DNA of 64,000 nucleotides. Source: Octopus sinensis (lineage: Eukaryota). Below are positions 1-16,649 of this stretch, one piece after another. A program made the translations under genes and the position numbers. The stretch is taken from positions 137,888,001 through 137,952,000 of the forward strand of contig NC_043000.1 of the NCBI RefSeq assembly GCF_006345805.1, given 5' to 3'. Within the stretch, counting starts at the first letter, position 1; each line of letters opens with the position of its first letter. The notes below the pieces were generated by a model. It was not told where the DNA came from. It was given only the letters and a program-made list of their open reading frames with translations, and made no database searches.

Positions 1-2
1 TA

Positions 3-647
3 GAATTAAGAGGAAACTGGCAGTTTATCATCGACCAGGCAAGAACGAGAAGTGACTTTTGGATCGAAGGAACATCAATCTAGAAATCTAGGTTTCAAAT
101 GGAAATGGCATTGGTGGCTTTATCACGATGCAACTTGAACAGAAACATTTAGAAAGACATGTCACAGGAAATTTGATCGATTCTTAAATGCTATTTACAA
201 TTGTTTAGCGTTAGCGTTAGCGGGAAAGCTTTTGTGCCCTATTGGCTAATGTTAGTAGTTTTCGATTCAATAATGGTCATGGACAACATAATTCGAAACC
301 ATTTTAGATTTGCTTCAGTGTGAGAGCTTCTAACCAGATATATAACATTCTTTTCCACCTAATCTAATATTATATATCAACAAATAAAACTAGTTGGTGT
401 GAATATACGCAATACTAACTATATTTGACTTAACTTATCTTTTGACCGAAAGAATTTTCCAACTGGACTCTCCTCTAGTCAGCTCTTAGAACTGTTAAAT
501 AATACTTTAAAATAAATGATTGATTATCCACTCGCTACCAATCAGTAAGATCCACATTAATTTTTTGTAGATTGGAGACCTGCGGATATCGTGATGAAAA
601 TATATTGTGGTCACTTGACGCTTTATGAAAAAGAAATTTGCACTTAA
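3..647 (+). pseudogene. Decayed C-type lectin domain (C-terminal two thirds), probably two pseudo-exons
   Basis: 3-86 reads ELRGNWQFIIDQARTRSDFWIEG. After a frameshift it reads NLGFKWKW...NCLAL. After the acceptor ttttttgtag (570) it reads WRPADIVMKIYCGHLTLYEKEICT*. The order E..F..WIG..W..C..W..C..IC fits a CTLD, with stops and frameshifts. Manual motif reading only. Confidence 0.35.
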
Positions 648-3329
648 GGTTCGAATATAACTATATATTCCGTGATAAAGAAATTTACACTCAAGGTTTG
701 AATACAACTATATATTTCGTGATGTAAATGCTTATTTTATATATTTCAATAGTTTTGCTGTCGACTACATTGCGGATCCATAAAGTATTGTATCACCACA
801 AATGACTTCTTAAAAACAAAATAGGGTGAAGTGATTTTCTCGTTGCTTGTCTTTTCATGTAAAAGGATTACATCGCATTCTTAGAAATTAATATAATATC
901 TGTCAGATATATTATGCCTATTAAAATACAAATGTATTGTACAGTTGGGAAAGTCTTTATACAACAATGGAAAGTGTGGCGATATCAGAAGTAATCGATA
1001 CTCTACAGCTTTCCGAGCCAAAGGGTAAGATTCTTCGCAATACATTCGCGCTGCTAGAAAGGGGAACCACATCCACTTCACACTATATCCTATATATTGA
1101 ATAGTTTTGCATCAAGCTCAATCTAAGTCGGACAATTTGAAGAGGAGCAAAAACAAATTAAACAGCGTTTCAGTACACCCTAATCAGAATTTTTCATATG
1201 TTTATTGACATCAACATCCACCGAAATACAAAACAAATGTGAGGTATTTACAAAATCAATTGAATTTTTTTATAACATTAAACAAACAGTTAGTTGTAAA
1301 AAAGTACATTGAAGTATCTTATTCTTTCATTTATGGATAATGCATTTCAGTTACTATACGGCAGGATGCTGAAAAGCTCCTAGATTTAAGGGTATCTCGA
1401 AAGAAATTCCTCGATATATTTCGATTCAATCTTCAGAATCAGCTTGCACGTAATAGGAATCTAACATACCAACTTATTACTTGGATTTTTGCAAATATAA
1501 TTCATTTTAAACATTCAAAATTCCGCATATTAATAAATAAAATTTAATCTCGCTTACATCACTGGTAAATACATTTAAATGATCAGAACATAGTTATCTT
1601 CAAATAAACCAGCATTTTATTTAGATGCTGACGAAATTACAGTTATGTAAATCATAGCAAAATTGTTAAGGAATTAAGGTAGTTTTCACAGCATTGTTTA
1701 ATTTACTTTGAACAGTAATAAAATCTTAACAGTATTTGAAATTACATCTAGTAGTTCGATTGGTATAAATCTTTGACTGAAGACGACAACGACGATGGCA
1801 ATACTGATAAATATCAATGATTATAAATTTTTAACAATTGTTTTAAAAGTATTTTTAGCTAAAGACAACTTTTAATATTTGCACTGTTATTATTTCGTTT
1901 AATCTCAAAATAACTGCTGCTTTATCAGATCGAAATGGAACACGCAGTGAAAGCGAAATGCAAATACAATCAAGTCGGTTGTTTTAGTTTCATCATCATT
2001 ATGATTATCGTTTTATCATTATTGTTATTTTGATTGTCGTATTTCATGTAAATTATTGAGAAATTTGATAGTGCTGCATTTTAAATTATTTAACATATAG
2101 ATAAAACTGGATGAAATTTTCCAAGATACGAGACTACATTTTAGAAAACAGGCAGCTCTTATCGTTTATCGTATTGACATGTGAGTATATTAGCCGTTCT
2201 TTAAAAATGGTGGTCTTATCATGTTACCAAGAAACATGTTCTGTATTGCGTCTCTATACAAACATATTCACGCTTTTCTATCAACATTTGCTACAATACT
2301 TCCCCCTCTTCCTCTTAATTCTTCAAGCCGTCTTGTTTCCACTTCTACATCTCACTTCTATCTCTTTTGCTGCTACTTTTCTCATCATAAGTCATCTCAC
2401 TCATACATTGTCAATATTGTAGTCCCAGTAATTTGATTCTGTCTTAGTCACACCCCCACATATACACAAAATACTCAGAATTACACCCCGTTGCATTCAT
2501 ATGTGTACATGTTTACATATATGACCTTGTATAATCAGATACACATGAAAATGCACAAATAACTACACACATGAAGCACATCCTTAAATCTACTTGTATC
2601 TGTGTAGATATGTATGTACATATGAAAATATACATGTGATTTGCTGAACGTGTATCTGTGTAATGTATACACTAGCATACGATAATCTAGATTTAAATAC
2701 AATTGTGGCATTAATTTCTTCCAGCGCGAATCTATAGAAATGTGTATCCAACGTTTGTTCAATAATTACAGATAGAAAATAATGTGTTTGAAATTCCTTG
2801 ATGTAATCAAAGAATTTACTACACGAACAGTTTGTTATTTACTTCGCTTCTCAATACGTGATTTCATGTTATCCAATTCTCTTCCTACGCCAAGTCCTCC
2901 CTCTCATCTTTCATTTAAACCCCACCAACACGCTTGTATGCATAGACTGTTGTCTATTTGGAGAGGAATATAATGATAAAATTACTAATACAGTAGAGTT
3001 AACCTGTTTTTCTCATAAACATCCTTTTAATTAACCTCTATTCTCAAGTAAAAATGATTCTAGACGAAAGGTAAAACAAGATAACGTAGTGGTTTTATTT
3101 TCTTTATTTTCCTTCTTAGTGTATACAGAAAAGAAAAGAATGTTGGAGAGACTAAATGTCCAGAAAACTTTTTCAGTAATTCAGGTTTCGAATATGAATG
3201 TTTCTTACAGTGCCTTCCATACTGTTTACAACTAGTACTGGAAGACAAATTAAATGCACAACACCAGAATTTTCAGTTTGGAGATTCCACTTCCTTTTCC
3301 GTAAGAGAGTTGTTAAGACATTAAATATA

Positions 3330-3640
3330 TGTGCAGTCGGTAAGAAGTTTGCTTCTAAACCACATGGCTCCGGGTTCAATCTCACTGCGTGGTACCATAA
3401 GTAATTCTCTTCTACTATAACTCCAGGCCACCAAAGGTTTGTGAGTAATTTGGAAGACGGAAAATGAAAGATGTCTGCCGTATATGTGTGTGTGTGTATG
3501 TGTGTTTGTCAGTGTGTTTTTAGGTGTGTGTGTAGGTATGTTCATGTGTGTCTCTGCCTCTTCCTTCCCCACCGCTTGATACCCACTGTTGGTGTGTTTA
3601 CGTCCCCGTAATTTAACAGTTCGGTAAAAGATAAAAGATA
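3330..3640 (+). mobile_element. tRNA-derived SINE with internal (TG)n, degenerate (family B)
   Basis: B-box-like GGTTCAATCTC; body similar to 55835-56250 (gtagacggaaa...(TG)n...ggtgtgtttacgtccccgtaa). Confidence 0.75.
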
Positions 3641-3869
3641 AAATACACACACATATATAATATATATTTATAAACAATTTAACTGCCTTCCCTCTTACGA
3701 AAATATTCGTTCACTATATTTTCAATTGATCAATTGATCAATTGAAATAATAGAAAGTCTATAATACACAGATAAATGTATAAAGCCCATTTATGAGATT
3801 TTATTATTTTTTTATATATTATTCCGTAAAACCACACCATATTTAGTCGGACATGCAACCATTAATTTG

Positions 3870-4160
3870 CAAATTAGAATGGCGAACATGGTGTTGTGAG
3901 TTCGAATCCTGGACCGAGCTGCGTGCTGTGTTCTTGAGCAAGACACTTTATTTCACGTTGCTCCAGTTCACTCAGCTGTAGAAATGAGTTGCGATGTCAA
4001 CGGTGCCAAGCTGTATCGGCCTTTGCCTTTCCCTTGGATAACACTGGTGGCGTTGAGAGGGGAAGCCGGTATGCATGGCCGACTCCCGAACTTGTGCCTG
4101 GGAGGGTAATTTTCTAGATGCAATCCCACGGTTAGTCATGGCCGAAGGCGGTCTGAGCAC
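3870..4160 (+). mobile_element. tRNA-derived SINE (family C)
   Basis: B box gagttcgaatcc followed by gtgttcttgagcaagacactttatttcacgttgctcc, which is shared with 63490-63685. Confidence 0.7.
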
Positions 4161-4410
4161 TGTATCTGTATGTATGGATGTGTATCTCCATGTGTGTGGA
4201 TGTGTCTCGATACGTGTACTTGTGTGAAGTGAAGGGTATGTGTATATGGTTATGTGTTTCAGTCTTCATTTGCGTATGTGTGTTTGTGTATGTGTGCTTG
4301 TCTGTTAATATTACCTATGTACCTATGTCTATCTGTTAACATTCATATCCATTTGTTATATACTGTGGGTATGGGGGTATGATTACCTACTACGTATGTT
4401 TCCTATTTAG

Positions 4411-4584
4411 TACAAGGGATGTTTCATTCATGAGGACGTACTCCTGTATTTATCTGAGGGTTGGGTCCTTTGGGTACTGGTTACTATTATATTCAAACAG
4501 AATAAAAAATTCTACGGTCTCTATTAAAATTTACAGAAAGAACATTCATTGTTTTTCTCGCAGTCAACACTATATTTGTATATC
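4411..4584 (+). other. Candidate exon with CTLD-like C-terminus
   Basis: Acceptor tcctatttag, donor gtgagt, 174-nt open frame TRDVSFMRTYSCIYLRVGSFGYW...NIHCFSRSQHYICI. It ends in a C-x6-Y-I-C motif resembling a CTLD end. Confidence 0.35.
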
Positions 4585-4589
4585 GTGAG

Positions 4590-7791
<3,202 letters not shown>

Positions 7792-7858
7792 TAGTACATA
7801 TTGCATCAACAGATATTTCCGATGCAATTCTTGAATGAAAGTATATATTTTTCTCCAG

Positions 7859-8300
7859 ATGGCAATTAAAATTTGGATAAATTTTCGAAATGTGTCTACA
7901 CTTCCTGGGATTAATTCGTTGCTATTATGCAAAAGCGTCGTAAGTCTAAAACGTTGCTTTTTCAGAAAACGAAAAGATAGTTTTTCCATTCTTTAGCAAA
8001 ACCGTTGTACTTACACTTTGACAAGTTTTGATATCTTGGCATCTGGAGTAGCTGGAGACACGGTAGTTTGACCTAAAGAACCTGCTATTGCAAGCAAAAA
8101 TAGATATTGATAAAAAAAACGCATTTGACCAAAGTTGGACCTACGACAGTTTAACGTAATAGCAAAGATATGAACTCCACTTGAAAGTGTTGTTTCATAA
8201 GCAAGACGAGTAAATATCCTATTTTGGATTATGCAATGCTACTTTGTGGAGCTATTAATACTACATATTTCTGATAGCGGACTGATATCAGATTGCCATA
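7859..8300 (+). pseudogene. Decayed CUB-like segment
   Basis: Exon-like 7859-7939 (tttttctccag...gtaagt). After the acceptor at 7996 it reads KTVVLT/FDKF/DILASGVAGDTVV (frameshifts), then LLCGAINTTY. Confidence 0.35.
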
Positions 8301-10207
8301 TAAAATGAAAAAAAAGCTCATATTTGGTAAAAACAAACTTGAGTTTGTATGGAAACTCCAAAATCGATACGTAGATGTCGTCTTAGATTTCCAAGTAACT
8401 TAAGCACTTTTCCTCATTTGAAAAAAGAGTTTATCCACTTGGGCACGTGAGGTAACTGCACTTGCAAATTAGCAGAATCTATCTATTATGTATAATTACA
8501 TCCAAGTTGCTACTCTCATATAGGGACATGTTTGCTTGCTCGGAAAAACAGAACCCGTTAGCGAAGAGTTAGATAATACATCCTGTAAGCCAGAATGTTG
8601 TGTTAATCATTATGGGTTGCGTTTGGTTATGAATCATTTTCTGATCTTAGACGAATAGGTTTTTGACTTAGTTTGGGTCATGTCATATTGCTGAAATATC
8701 CATGAATGGCCATCATAGTTTTATATCGAGTATTTGTAAATCTTGCATTGGTTTATTTTTTCCACATAAGATGTCTACATATGTAGTGACTTAAAGATCT
8801 TGAACGAGGTTAACTCGTCCGAATTTCATTAAAAATTACCTTCAGTATAATATATCTCGAATATTTCTATCCAACATCAATTTAGCAGAGATAAATCGAG
8901 AAAGATAATTAAGCAACACTGATGGTGCCGTATGCTGGAGTGCGTAAGTCATCGATGAATCATTCATTGGATAAAAGGTTTGCCATGAACTACAATATTG
9001 TACTCATCTGATTTCCATTCTGTACTACTTCTTTCACATTAGAACTGAACAAAACCTGCTCACAAATAGAACAAACGAGCCAGAATGAAATTTTGTCAAT
9101 TTTATTAAATAGTTTTTACTGAAACAAACTTTGAGTAAAATTACCAGGCTTCAGTGTTTGCATAAGCTTCTTCACACATCTAAAACTGACGAGGATGAAC
9201 ATACATCCATAACTGAATCGAAATAAAGCAACGCTCAAACTTAAAATGTGAATGATGTCATGTTTGTCCCATATCAAGAAGGGTCTGATATAATTTGGAT
9301 TCGTTTGTCAAAACATAATGTATTTGAGTATATTCTCAGACCTCACATTCATTTCTAACTTAAAGATATTTTTTCAGATTTTTAGAAAAACCCATGATAT
9401 ATTATTTTGTAACTATTTGCAACCGAGATGGAATAAGTATTTTGAAGCATTTATTGATTACTGGTGTAAAATATATTTAAAATAATATTTAGAGAACATT
9501 ATTTACAAACTCATACATGAAATTTGTGGTCATCCTTTCATATTTTATATATCGTTCAGTATGAGGTCAGCTCCAGAAATTTCACGAAAATCCTTAAAAT
9601 TTAATCCCTATGAATCACTATAGTTATGAGAGCGACAAACATTTCCATCGATTTTGATGAAGATGGGCTTCCGAATACGTTTATAGTTTACGTAAACTAA
9701 ATTATTCTGTGGAAAGCAACAGGAAACGGCAGCTGCATATACAAAGCCTGTATTAGTCTAGAAAGGGTCATTATAATATTATATCAATGACAAGTAAATA
9801 ATGAAAGCGTAAGTAGCAATAATGATTATTAGTGTTGAAATAATGCTGGTATTATCTTTGTTTAGTTAGTATAATTATACATGAGGTGATGTTACTGATG
9901 ACAGCTGATAGCTGTTGTGTGTTTACAGATTAAAATGTTAATGAAAGTGAGTCTATGGTAATATTAGAACTAAAGGTATTTCTATTAACGTTATTGGTAA
10001 TAGTTGTCAGCCAGTGTTGGTATTTACGAAGAGGCGGCCACGAAGATTGCATTATTTTCAAGGAAAAGAACTTTAACAACACCCACGCCCATGATGATAA
10101 TGATGATGATGTATATAATGATGATGGTGGTAGTGGTGGCGGTGGAGGTAGCGGGATTGATCCTTTTGCCAACAACGGGCTGGGGTGAGATTACTAAAGA
10201 TATATAA

Positions 10208-10602
10208 TCTTTATATATAAAAGTCAAGTTGTGTGTCTGTCTACTCCGATTTAGATTCCTAACTACTCCCACATTTTGCGGTGCAGTTTAACCAAAACCG
10301 GGTATCTTATAGTCGTGATTCATATTGAGCCCTTCTGGGTATTAGCGCGCGTCTACGATGAATCTACGATTTTAAAAAAATTACCATCATTTGTTTCCAT
10401 TTTAATGCATTTTTTCGCTATTATATAAGGGAAGTAACTCTCTAAAAATGTCTACGATCAGTCAACGATTAAAAAAAAAATTACCATTATTTTTTTTCCA
10501 TTTTTAATGCATTTTTTTGCTATTTTTTGGCTATAACTCTATAAAAATGCTTATATAGTTATTTCCCTTACAAACCCGAGCAACGCTGGGTGATACTGCT
10601 AG
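10208..10602 (+). mobile_element. Non-autonomous Helitron
   Basis: A|TC start (tctttatatataaaag), subterminal hairpin cccgagc-aac-gctggg, CTAG|T end, no TSD, internal ~100-bp tandem duplication. Confidence 0.85.
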
Positions 10603-10721
10603 TATATATATTTTGAATTACCATTCTGTCGATGATGATACGATACCTGTAATTACTTTAAATCATTCGCCCTTCCATGTTAACAATATGTATATTAGCA
10701 TTTTAAGAGAGGATCTTTCAG

Positions 10722-10796
10722 CTTGCTACATAATTCTCGAAAATGCAAATAATGGCAGTTTTGTAATTCCGGGAGATTATAGTGATTATAGGCATG
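10722..10796 (+). pseudogene. Pseudo-exon resembling a CUB N-terminus
   Basis: Phase-1 acceptor tctttcag, then CYIILENANNGSFVIPGDYSDYRH. The expected donor reads gaaaga instead of gtaaga. Confidence 0.35.
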
Positions 10797-11627
10797 GAAA
10801 GAATATTGTACCCATGGAGAAAGACATGCAACCAATATGTTTAATTTCCTTTCTGACAACTTCTTTCTCATTTTTCTCATTTTCTTCCCAATTAAACATA
10901 ATCAGCTGACGAACAAATATGTACTTTGTTTTTACTCATTTAGCTTTAATGAGACAATGGCGTATATGTATTTATCGTAGAAATACATTCAATTATAGCC
11001 AACAGGATTTTCATCAAATCACCTCAACAGATTTATTTACAAGCGTAGGTTATAATGCACACATTTACACAAATGTGCAGTCTCAAAATGTAAGATACTT
11101 TTGTTCATTAAATTGCTTTACAATTTTCTGGGTTTTGTCTGGATTTGCAATGGTATTTTCTTACACAGGGAACTATAACTGACGTGAATACTTCAAATGT
11201 TTTGGTATAAGCCCCATTATAGATTTTACTATCATACATTTTTATGGTTCGTTCTTATTCGGAAGTCAATGCTCTTCTAATAATAACACTCTAATATTTT
11301 ATGATATTCGGTAAAATTAAATAGTTTGTGCCATACTGTCTCTCAGTGTGGTCCTCAACAAAGAATGGGGCTGTTAACGTTTAAAAGGATTAAAAAAAAA
11401 TATATAGGGTACTTGTAATTAATAAAGTAAACACGAATGGTGAATAATATATTACCGGTTGTTTCATTATGTCATGAAGATGAGCTACTTTACGCTATTG
11501 TCATAACAGGAAAATCAAATAATTACCTTGACTGTTTAAACTTCTACGAACAACAATTTCAGAAACACTCACAAGAACCCGGGATATATTTCCCGATTGC
11601 GAATTACAAAATGACCTCACCACAAAT

Positions 11628-11845
11628 TCTGAGTTCAAATTTTGGCACAAGGCCAGCAATTTAGTGGGAGGGACTATATTGATTGTATCAACTCCAGTGA
11701 TCAGCTGGTACTTATTTTATCATATTTAGTTTTTGAGAAGCAACGCTAGCCTCGGTGTAATTTGAACTCAGAATGTACAGACGGACGAAATGCCGCTAAG
11801 CACTAGGCCCGGTGTGCTAACGATACTGCCATCTCGCCGCCTTCC
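11628..11845 (-). mobile_element. Nin-domain tRNA SINE
   Basis: tRNA-like head ggcggcgagatggcag...gagttcaaat on the minus strand. Imperfect 13-bp TSD cctcaccacaaat/cctcacaacaaat (11615, 11846). Confidence 0.8.
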
Positions 11846-12264
11846 CCTCACAACAAATATCATTCTTTGATTTGTGTTATCACATACATCATTTTCAGTA
11901 AAACCCGAAAAGTTCCCCCCAGCTATGATCCAATGTCAGAGAGATTATCGATAATCGGCAGATTGCGCAGACATCAACAAATTTATTATAAATACAGACA
12001 TATTGGATATATAACTGCAACTTCTTGTGGTACGTAGTAATTTTACAACACCTTCATTTAAAATGCAAGCAATCCTAAACGAAGGTTTTATAATAACCAA
12101 GTAATCTTGTAATAATACCGCTATGGCCTATTGAAAATCGTATTTAAAAAATATACACGTGATGTAATCATACCATCTGGTACATAATACTTTTTCTTCT
12201 AAAATGTTTCATTCAAATGATAAAAATACCCTTATTCTACTCATCATAAAGCAGGTATTCACTT

Positions 12265-12428
12265 CGTTCTGAGTTCAAATTCCGCCGAGGTCGACTTTGC
12301 CTTTCATCCTTTCGGGGTCGATAAATTAAGTACCAGTTACACACTGGGGTCGATATTATCGACTTAATCCGTCTGTATGTCCTTGTTTGTCTCCTCTGTG
12401 TTTAGCCCCTTGTGGGTAGTAAAGAAAT
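12265..12428 (+). mobile_element. 5'-truncated Nin-domain SINE
   Basis: Nin core gcctttcatcctttcggggtcgataaattaagtacc; perfect 12-bp TSD aggtattcactt (12253, 12429). Confidence 0.85.
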
Positions 12429-12804
12429 AGGTATTCACTTTTATTTATTTTATGCTTAGCTACCCAAGTATTATCCTATATACAAATAACAATATGATTA
12501 GAATTGGACATACACTTGAAACGCTATTGATCATTAAGTCTCCTGCTTTACAATTCGTATTGTTTTCTACTGACGAAAGTTACTTGAAATCTATTCATCT
12601 CAGCCACTCCACAACATCCCATAGAATAACGTAGAAGAACACTAGATTATTTATAATATGGTTCATACTTACCTTACTTCAGAGAATATAATGTTTGTTA
12701 ACACAAAACAACATATTACACACACACACACTCAGATATATAAATATCAGTACATATATACACATATATGCATATATATTTATCTTTATTAATACAAACA
12801 CACT

Positions 12805-12845
<41 letters not shown>

Positions 12846-12987
12846 CAAAAAGAAAAACTCGAGGGGATCAAGAGGTGGTATTTAGCAACTTTTAGGCATT
12901 ACATTATGTTTATTTATATATTTAAAAAAACAATTATAACAATATACATACATGTATAATATATTATGCTTTACGTATATAATATAT

Positions 12988-14411
12988 CTCATATCATCAA
13001 GGTATTTGAGAGGGTGCTGAGATCGCGTATGACTCACTTCCTTGAGAGTCATAATATGCTGAACCCCAACCAGCATGGATTCCGTAATGTGAGAGATTGC
13101 CTGACGCAGCTACTGCATCATTTTGATGACATTTTGAGAGCCTTGGGAGAAGGTTCCAACACTGATGTCATCTACCTTGATTTCAGCAAGGCCTTTGACA
13201 GGGTTGATCATAAGATCCTTCTGAGAAAGCTGTCCAATATTGGTATCACTGGAAAGCTGCTGCAGTGGATCAAGTGCTTCCTGTCTAACAGAACCCAACA
13301 TGTTGTAGTTGAAGGAGTCAAATCCAGCCCAGCCAAAGTCAGCAGTGGTGTCCTACAAGGCACTGTGTTGGGCCCACTTCTCTTCATCATCTACATAAAT
13401 GATATTACTGACACCATCAAACACAGTAACATCAGAACCTTCGCTGATGATTCCAAGCTCCAGAAGGTCATCAATGGCGTGGATGACCGAATAAACCTTC
13501 AGTCAGACCTACTGGCTGTTGTCCAATGGGCGGAAAAGAATAACATGTTGCTAAATGAAGACAAATTCGAACTGATCCACTTTGGAAGGGAGGACGCTCT
13601 GAAACTCCCATACTCTCTTCCTTCTGGAGAAATTCCCATGGCATCCAACAACATCAGAGACCTGGGAGTAACAGTGGACAACAACATAAGCTGGGCTACA
13701 CATATAAGCAGCGAAGTTGACATGGCCCGCAGAATGTGTTCCTGGATTCTCAGAACCTTCCAGTCGAGAGATTCCCACGCTATTATCCTTCTCTTCTCCA
13801 CTTTTGCCCGACCCCACCTTGAATACTGCTGTCCACTGTGGTCTCCCTACACAAAACAAAATATTATGAGAATTGAAGCTCCCCAAAGGTCAATCACAAA
13901 AAAGATAGATGGCATGTCAGACCTTGACTACTGGGGTAGACTAGAGAAGCTGAAATTGTATTCACTTCAACGACGCCGTGAACGCTACATTATCTGTATG
14001 ATGTGGAAAATATTCCATCAGCACTGTCCGAATGATGTTGGCATCACCTTCAAAATGCATCCAAGGCTTGGACCACGTGCCATCCGTCCACAACAAAAAT
14101 CTAAATCGCATCACATGACGACAATACGGCACAACTATTTCACCTCAATTGGACCCGCTCTCTTCAACATTACACCAGGACACGTCAAAAAAGAAACTGA
14201 CCACACAAAATTCAAGAAATCTTTGGACAAATTCCTTCAAACAGTACCGGACAAACCACCCACACCCGGATATGTCTCCGCAAACAATAACTCTCTGCTC
14301 GAATGGGCCTTGGTGCCCAAATCCTGAACTGAAAGACTTCGCCAGGTGGTGCTATTAAGTTAGACATGGCCTGGGCCAATACTGGCCAAAACCTTTCTAA
14401 GTTATTCTAAG

Positions 14412-14413
<2 letters not shown>
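12988..14413 (+). mobile_element. 5'-truncated CR1/L2-group non-LTR retrotransposon, RT ORF open (ORF 12966-14327)
   Basis: Motifs QHGFR, YLDFSKAFDRV, QGTVLGPLLF, FADD, RPHLEYC, LYSLQRRRER. Short 3' UTR with ttctaagtta tail repeat, running into (TA)n. Confidence 0.95.
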
Positions 14414-14453
<40 letters not shown>

Positions 14454-14499
14454 TGTATGTGCATGTGTGTATATGGATACAGACATTGATATGTCAAGA

Positions 14500-14850
14500 A
14501 TGCATCTTCGCCCTGCAGAGCCCTTGACTCTGAATAGCTTGCAACTAGATCCATAACAACGCTCCAATTTTTAGTTCTCACTATTACCCAAGATCACTTT
14601 TTGGACTTCCTTAACCTATCGAGTATGCTATCTCATGACTGTTGTTTGATAAACTATAGCGCTCGCATAGGAGACGGTGCTGCTCCTTTCTACAGAAACA
14701 TTAAGTAATAAATACAGAGAAGAAAGTAACTAGATTTAGAAGTTAATCAGAATGGATCTTAGGGTTGATATTTTATCTACGTCACTGAACAAAATATAGC
14801 GAGATGGTTTTAGAGATTACACAGAAAGGATCAAAGGGTTAATGTTTCAT
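14500..14850 (+). pseudogene. Decayed CUB domain
   Basis: In order with indels: CN*.I, HFLDFLNL, DCCLINYSARIGDG, ILSTSLNKI*..GFRD....KGL. This matches CUB C.W.I / F.DF.L / C..D...I.DG / S..N...F.SD...GF. Confidence 0.45.
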
Positions 14851-15949
14851 AGAAGGGCTAACTTAACAAAACACATTTCCACTGTAAAACATTTATTAAA
14901 TGTCTTTTCCTGGATACTTAAATGAAACACAATTCGGCATGAGATGGAGAGTCATAGGTTTACACCAGTGGGTTATGTAGTTTAGTGTGTTATACAATCT
15001 GTGAATTCAATGTGTACTTTTGTGATATGCATAGTTTCACTTCTTCACACAAATTTAACGGGTAATTAAGTAGGACGTCTGCTATTTGGTTAACTATCGT
15101 TGTTTCTGATGAAAGATTACTAATGAGTTGTTAAGTTGTAATTTTATGGATTCAAAAGCTATATCTGCAAAATGACAGAATTCATAAATTAGACTCATTT
15201 TCACAAAGAAGAATGAAGTTGTCGATAATAAGCTGATCTGAACACATATATTCTAGCCCAACTTGACGAATACGAAATAACTTGCTCAAATTGTCAATTA
15301 ATATGTTGTTAGAAAATGGTAAATGATATTTGTAAACAGAGGAGCATGTCATTAAATGGAAACGAGATATTTATGAAAGATTTGATACCGGTTAATTACA
15401 ACAGAAATTCTCTCAATGAATGAGAAACAGATTGTGAAAGAATCAAAGAGATAAATGTGAATGTAATTTGTAATCGACATTTATCACTTCTGAAATATTC
15501 TTCGTAATTGTGTGTTGTTTAAATAAGAAGTAAAACATTGTGCTCGTTGAATCTATGGAACATGAAGCCATAAGCTCCATGTTATTTTAATATATGCTTT
15601 AAATGATAATAATCAATACTCAGAAATTGATATGATACGCTATGATACATTTATGTTAATACTACTGCTAATAATAAACCTGTTCTACACACACACACAC
15701 ACAGGCACGCACACACACACAAACTAAAGACTAAGATTTTCACTTAAAATGGCCGTTATTGATAGTAAGTTTCGAGTGTAAGAATAGGTGGCTATATACT
15801 CTGTTCATAATCTTATGGTTCTGCTTTCGATGCTACTAGCAATGAGCAAATGATATCTGTCCACCTAGTGGAATTCAGTCGATAAATTAGGCAGAAATTA
15901 TCATTGCATGAGCCCGCTAGCCTTCACACACTGACACATACACACATAT

Positions 15950-16250
15950 GAGGTCCAATTCTCTGATTCAGCGCTATAGCACCCCAAACCAAGAGGCTTT
16001 GGCCATTCCACACGCTTCTCTCCATGACACATGCGTCACTGTAGCGTTTACCCCCCTCCTAAGCATTTCAGTTTTCATGACAATTGCTTGCAACTGCCAC
16101 CCACGGCATTCAACGCAGCTGCATTCTGGAGTCTCTTTTCAGGGAAAGTTGAAAGGTTACTTGCAATTTGGGTCTCAGCCTTACACCAACATGTCTTGGA
16201 ATATTCAAACTTACGTCGCCGAAATAAATGTTCAGAATTTACCATATAAG
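15950..16250 (-). mobile_element. Tc1-family transposase relic
   Basis: Minus strand reads RYSDACVMERSVWNGQSLLVWGAIALNQRIGP, matching the Tc1 ERY...CV.ER...GG.SVMVWG.I segment. No TIRs seen. Confidence 0.65.
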
Positions 16251-16649
16251 AATGACATTTGAAAAATCGCCTTCCTTTTGCGGATTGGTGTATGTGTACA
16301 CGTTATGTATGTGCTTCTCCAACTGAGTTCTTTGGAACAGAGGTGCAAGCAAACACTTTCCTGAAGTTTTCTAAAATATTATAATTTATAACACTATGTG
16401 TGCATTCTTTGATTACCTTTTGTGTAGGCCCACAATTTTCAAAGGGATCATTCGTTTTCATATATGTTTGAAATTAATACCGATATACCTTGGTTGTCAT
16501 ATTCTGTCTCAAGGATCTGTAAACGCTAGTTAATTTCAAGTATTATCCATTTGTTTTCTGACTGAAGAAGTACACGTAATTCGCAAAAAATATCGTGACA
16601 GACACTTTTAAAACAACGCATCTAAATTTAGAAGGTAAAAACTCAAAAC

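Noticed and set aside
630-723. 47-bp tandem duplication
   Set aside because: Only two diverged units and no spacers; an ordinary local duplication, not a CRISPR-like array.
9190-9240. CTGACGA plus ggatg/catcc stem, hammerhead-like
   Set aside because: No GAAA core and no stems I or III.
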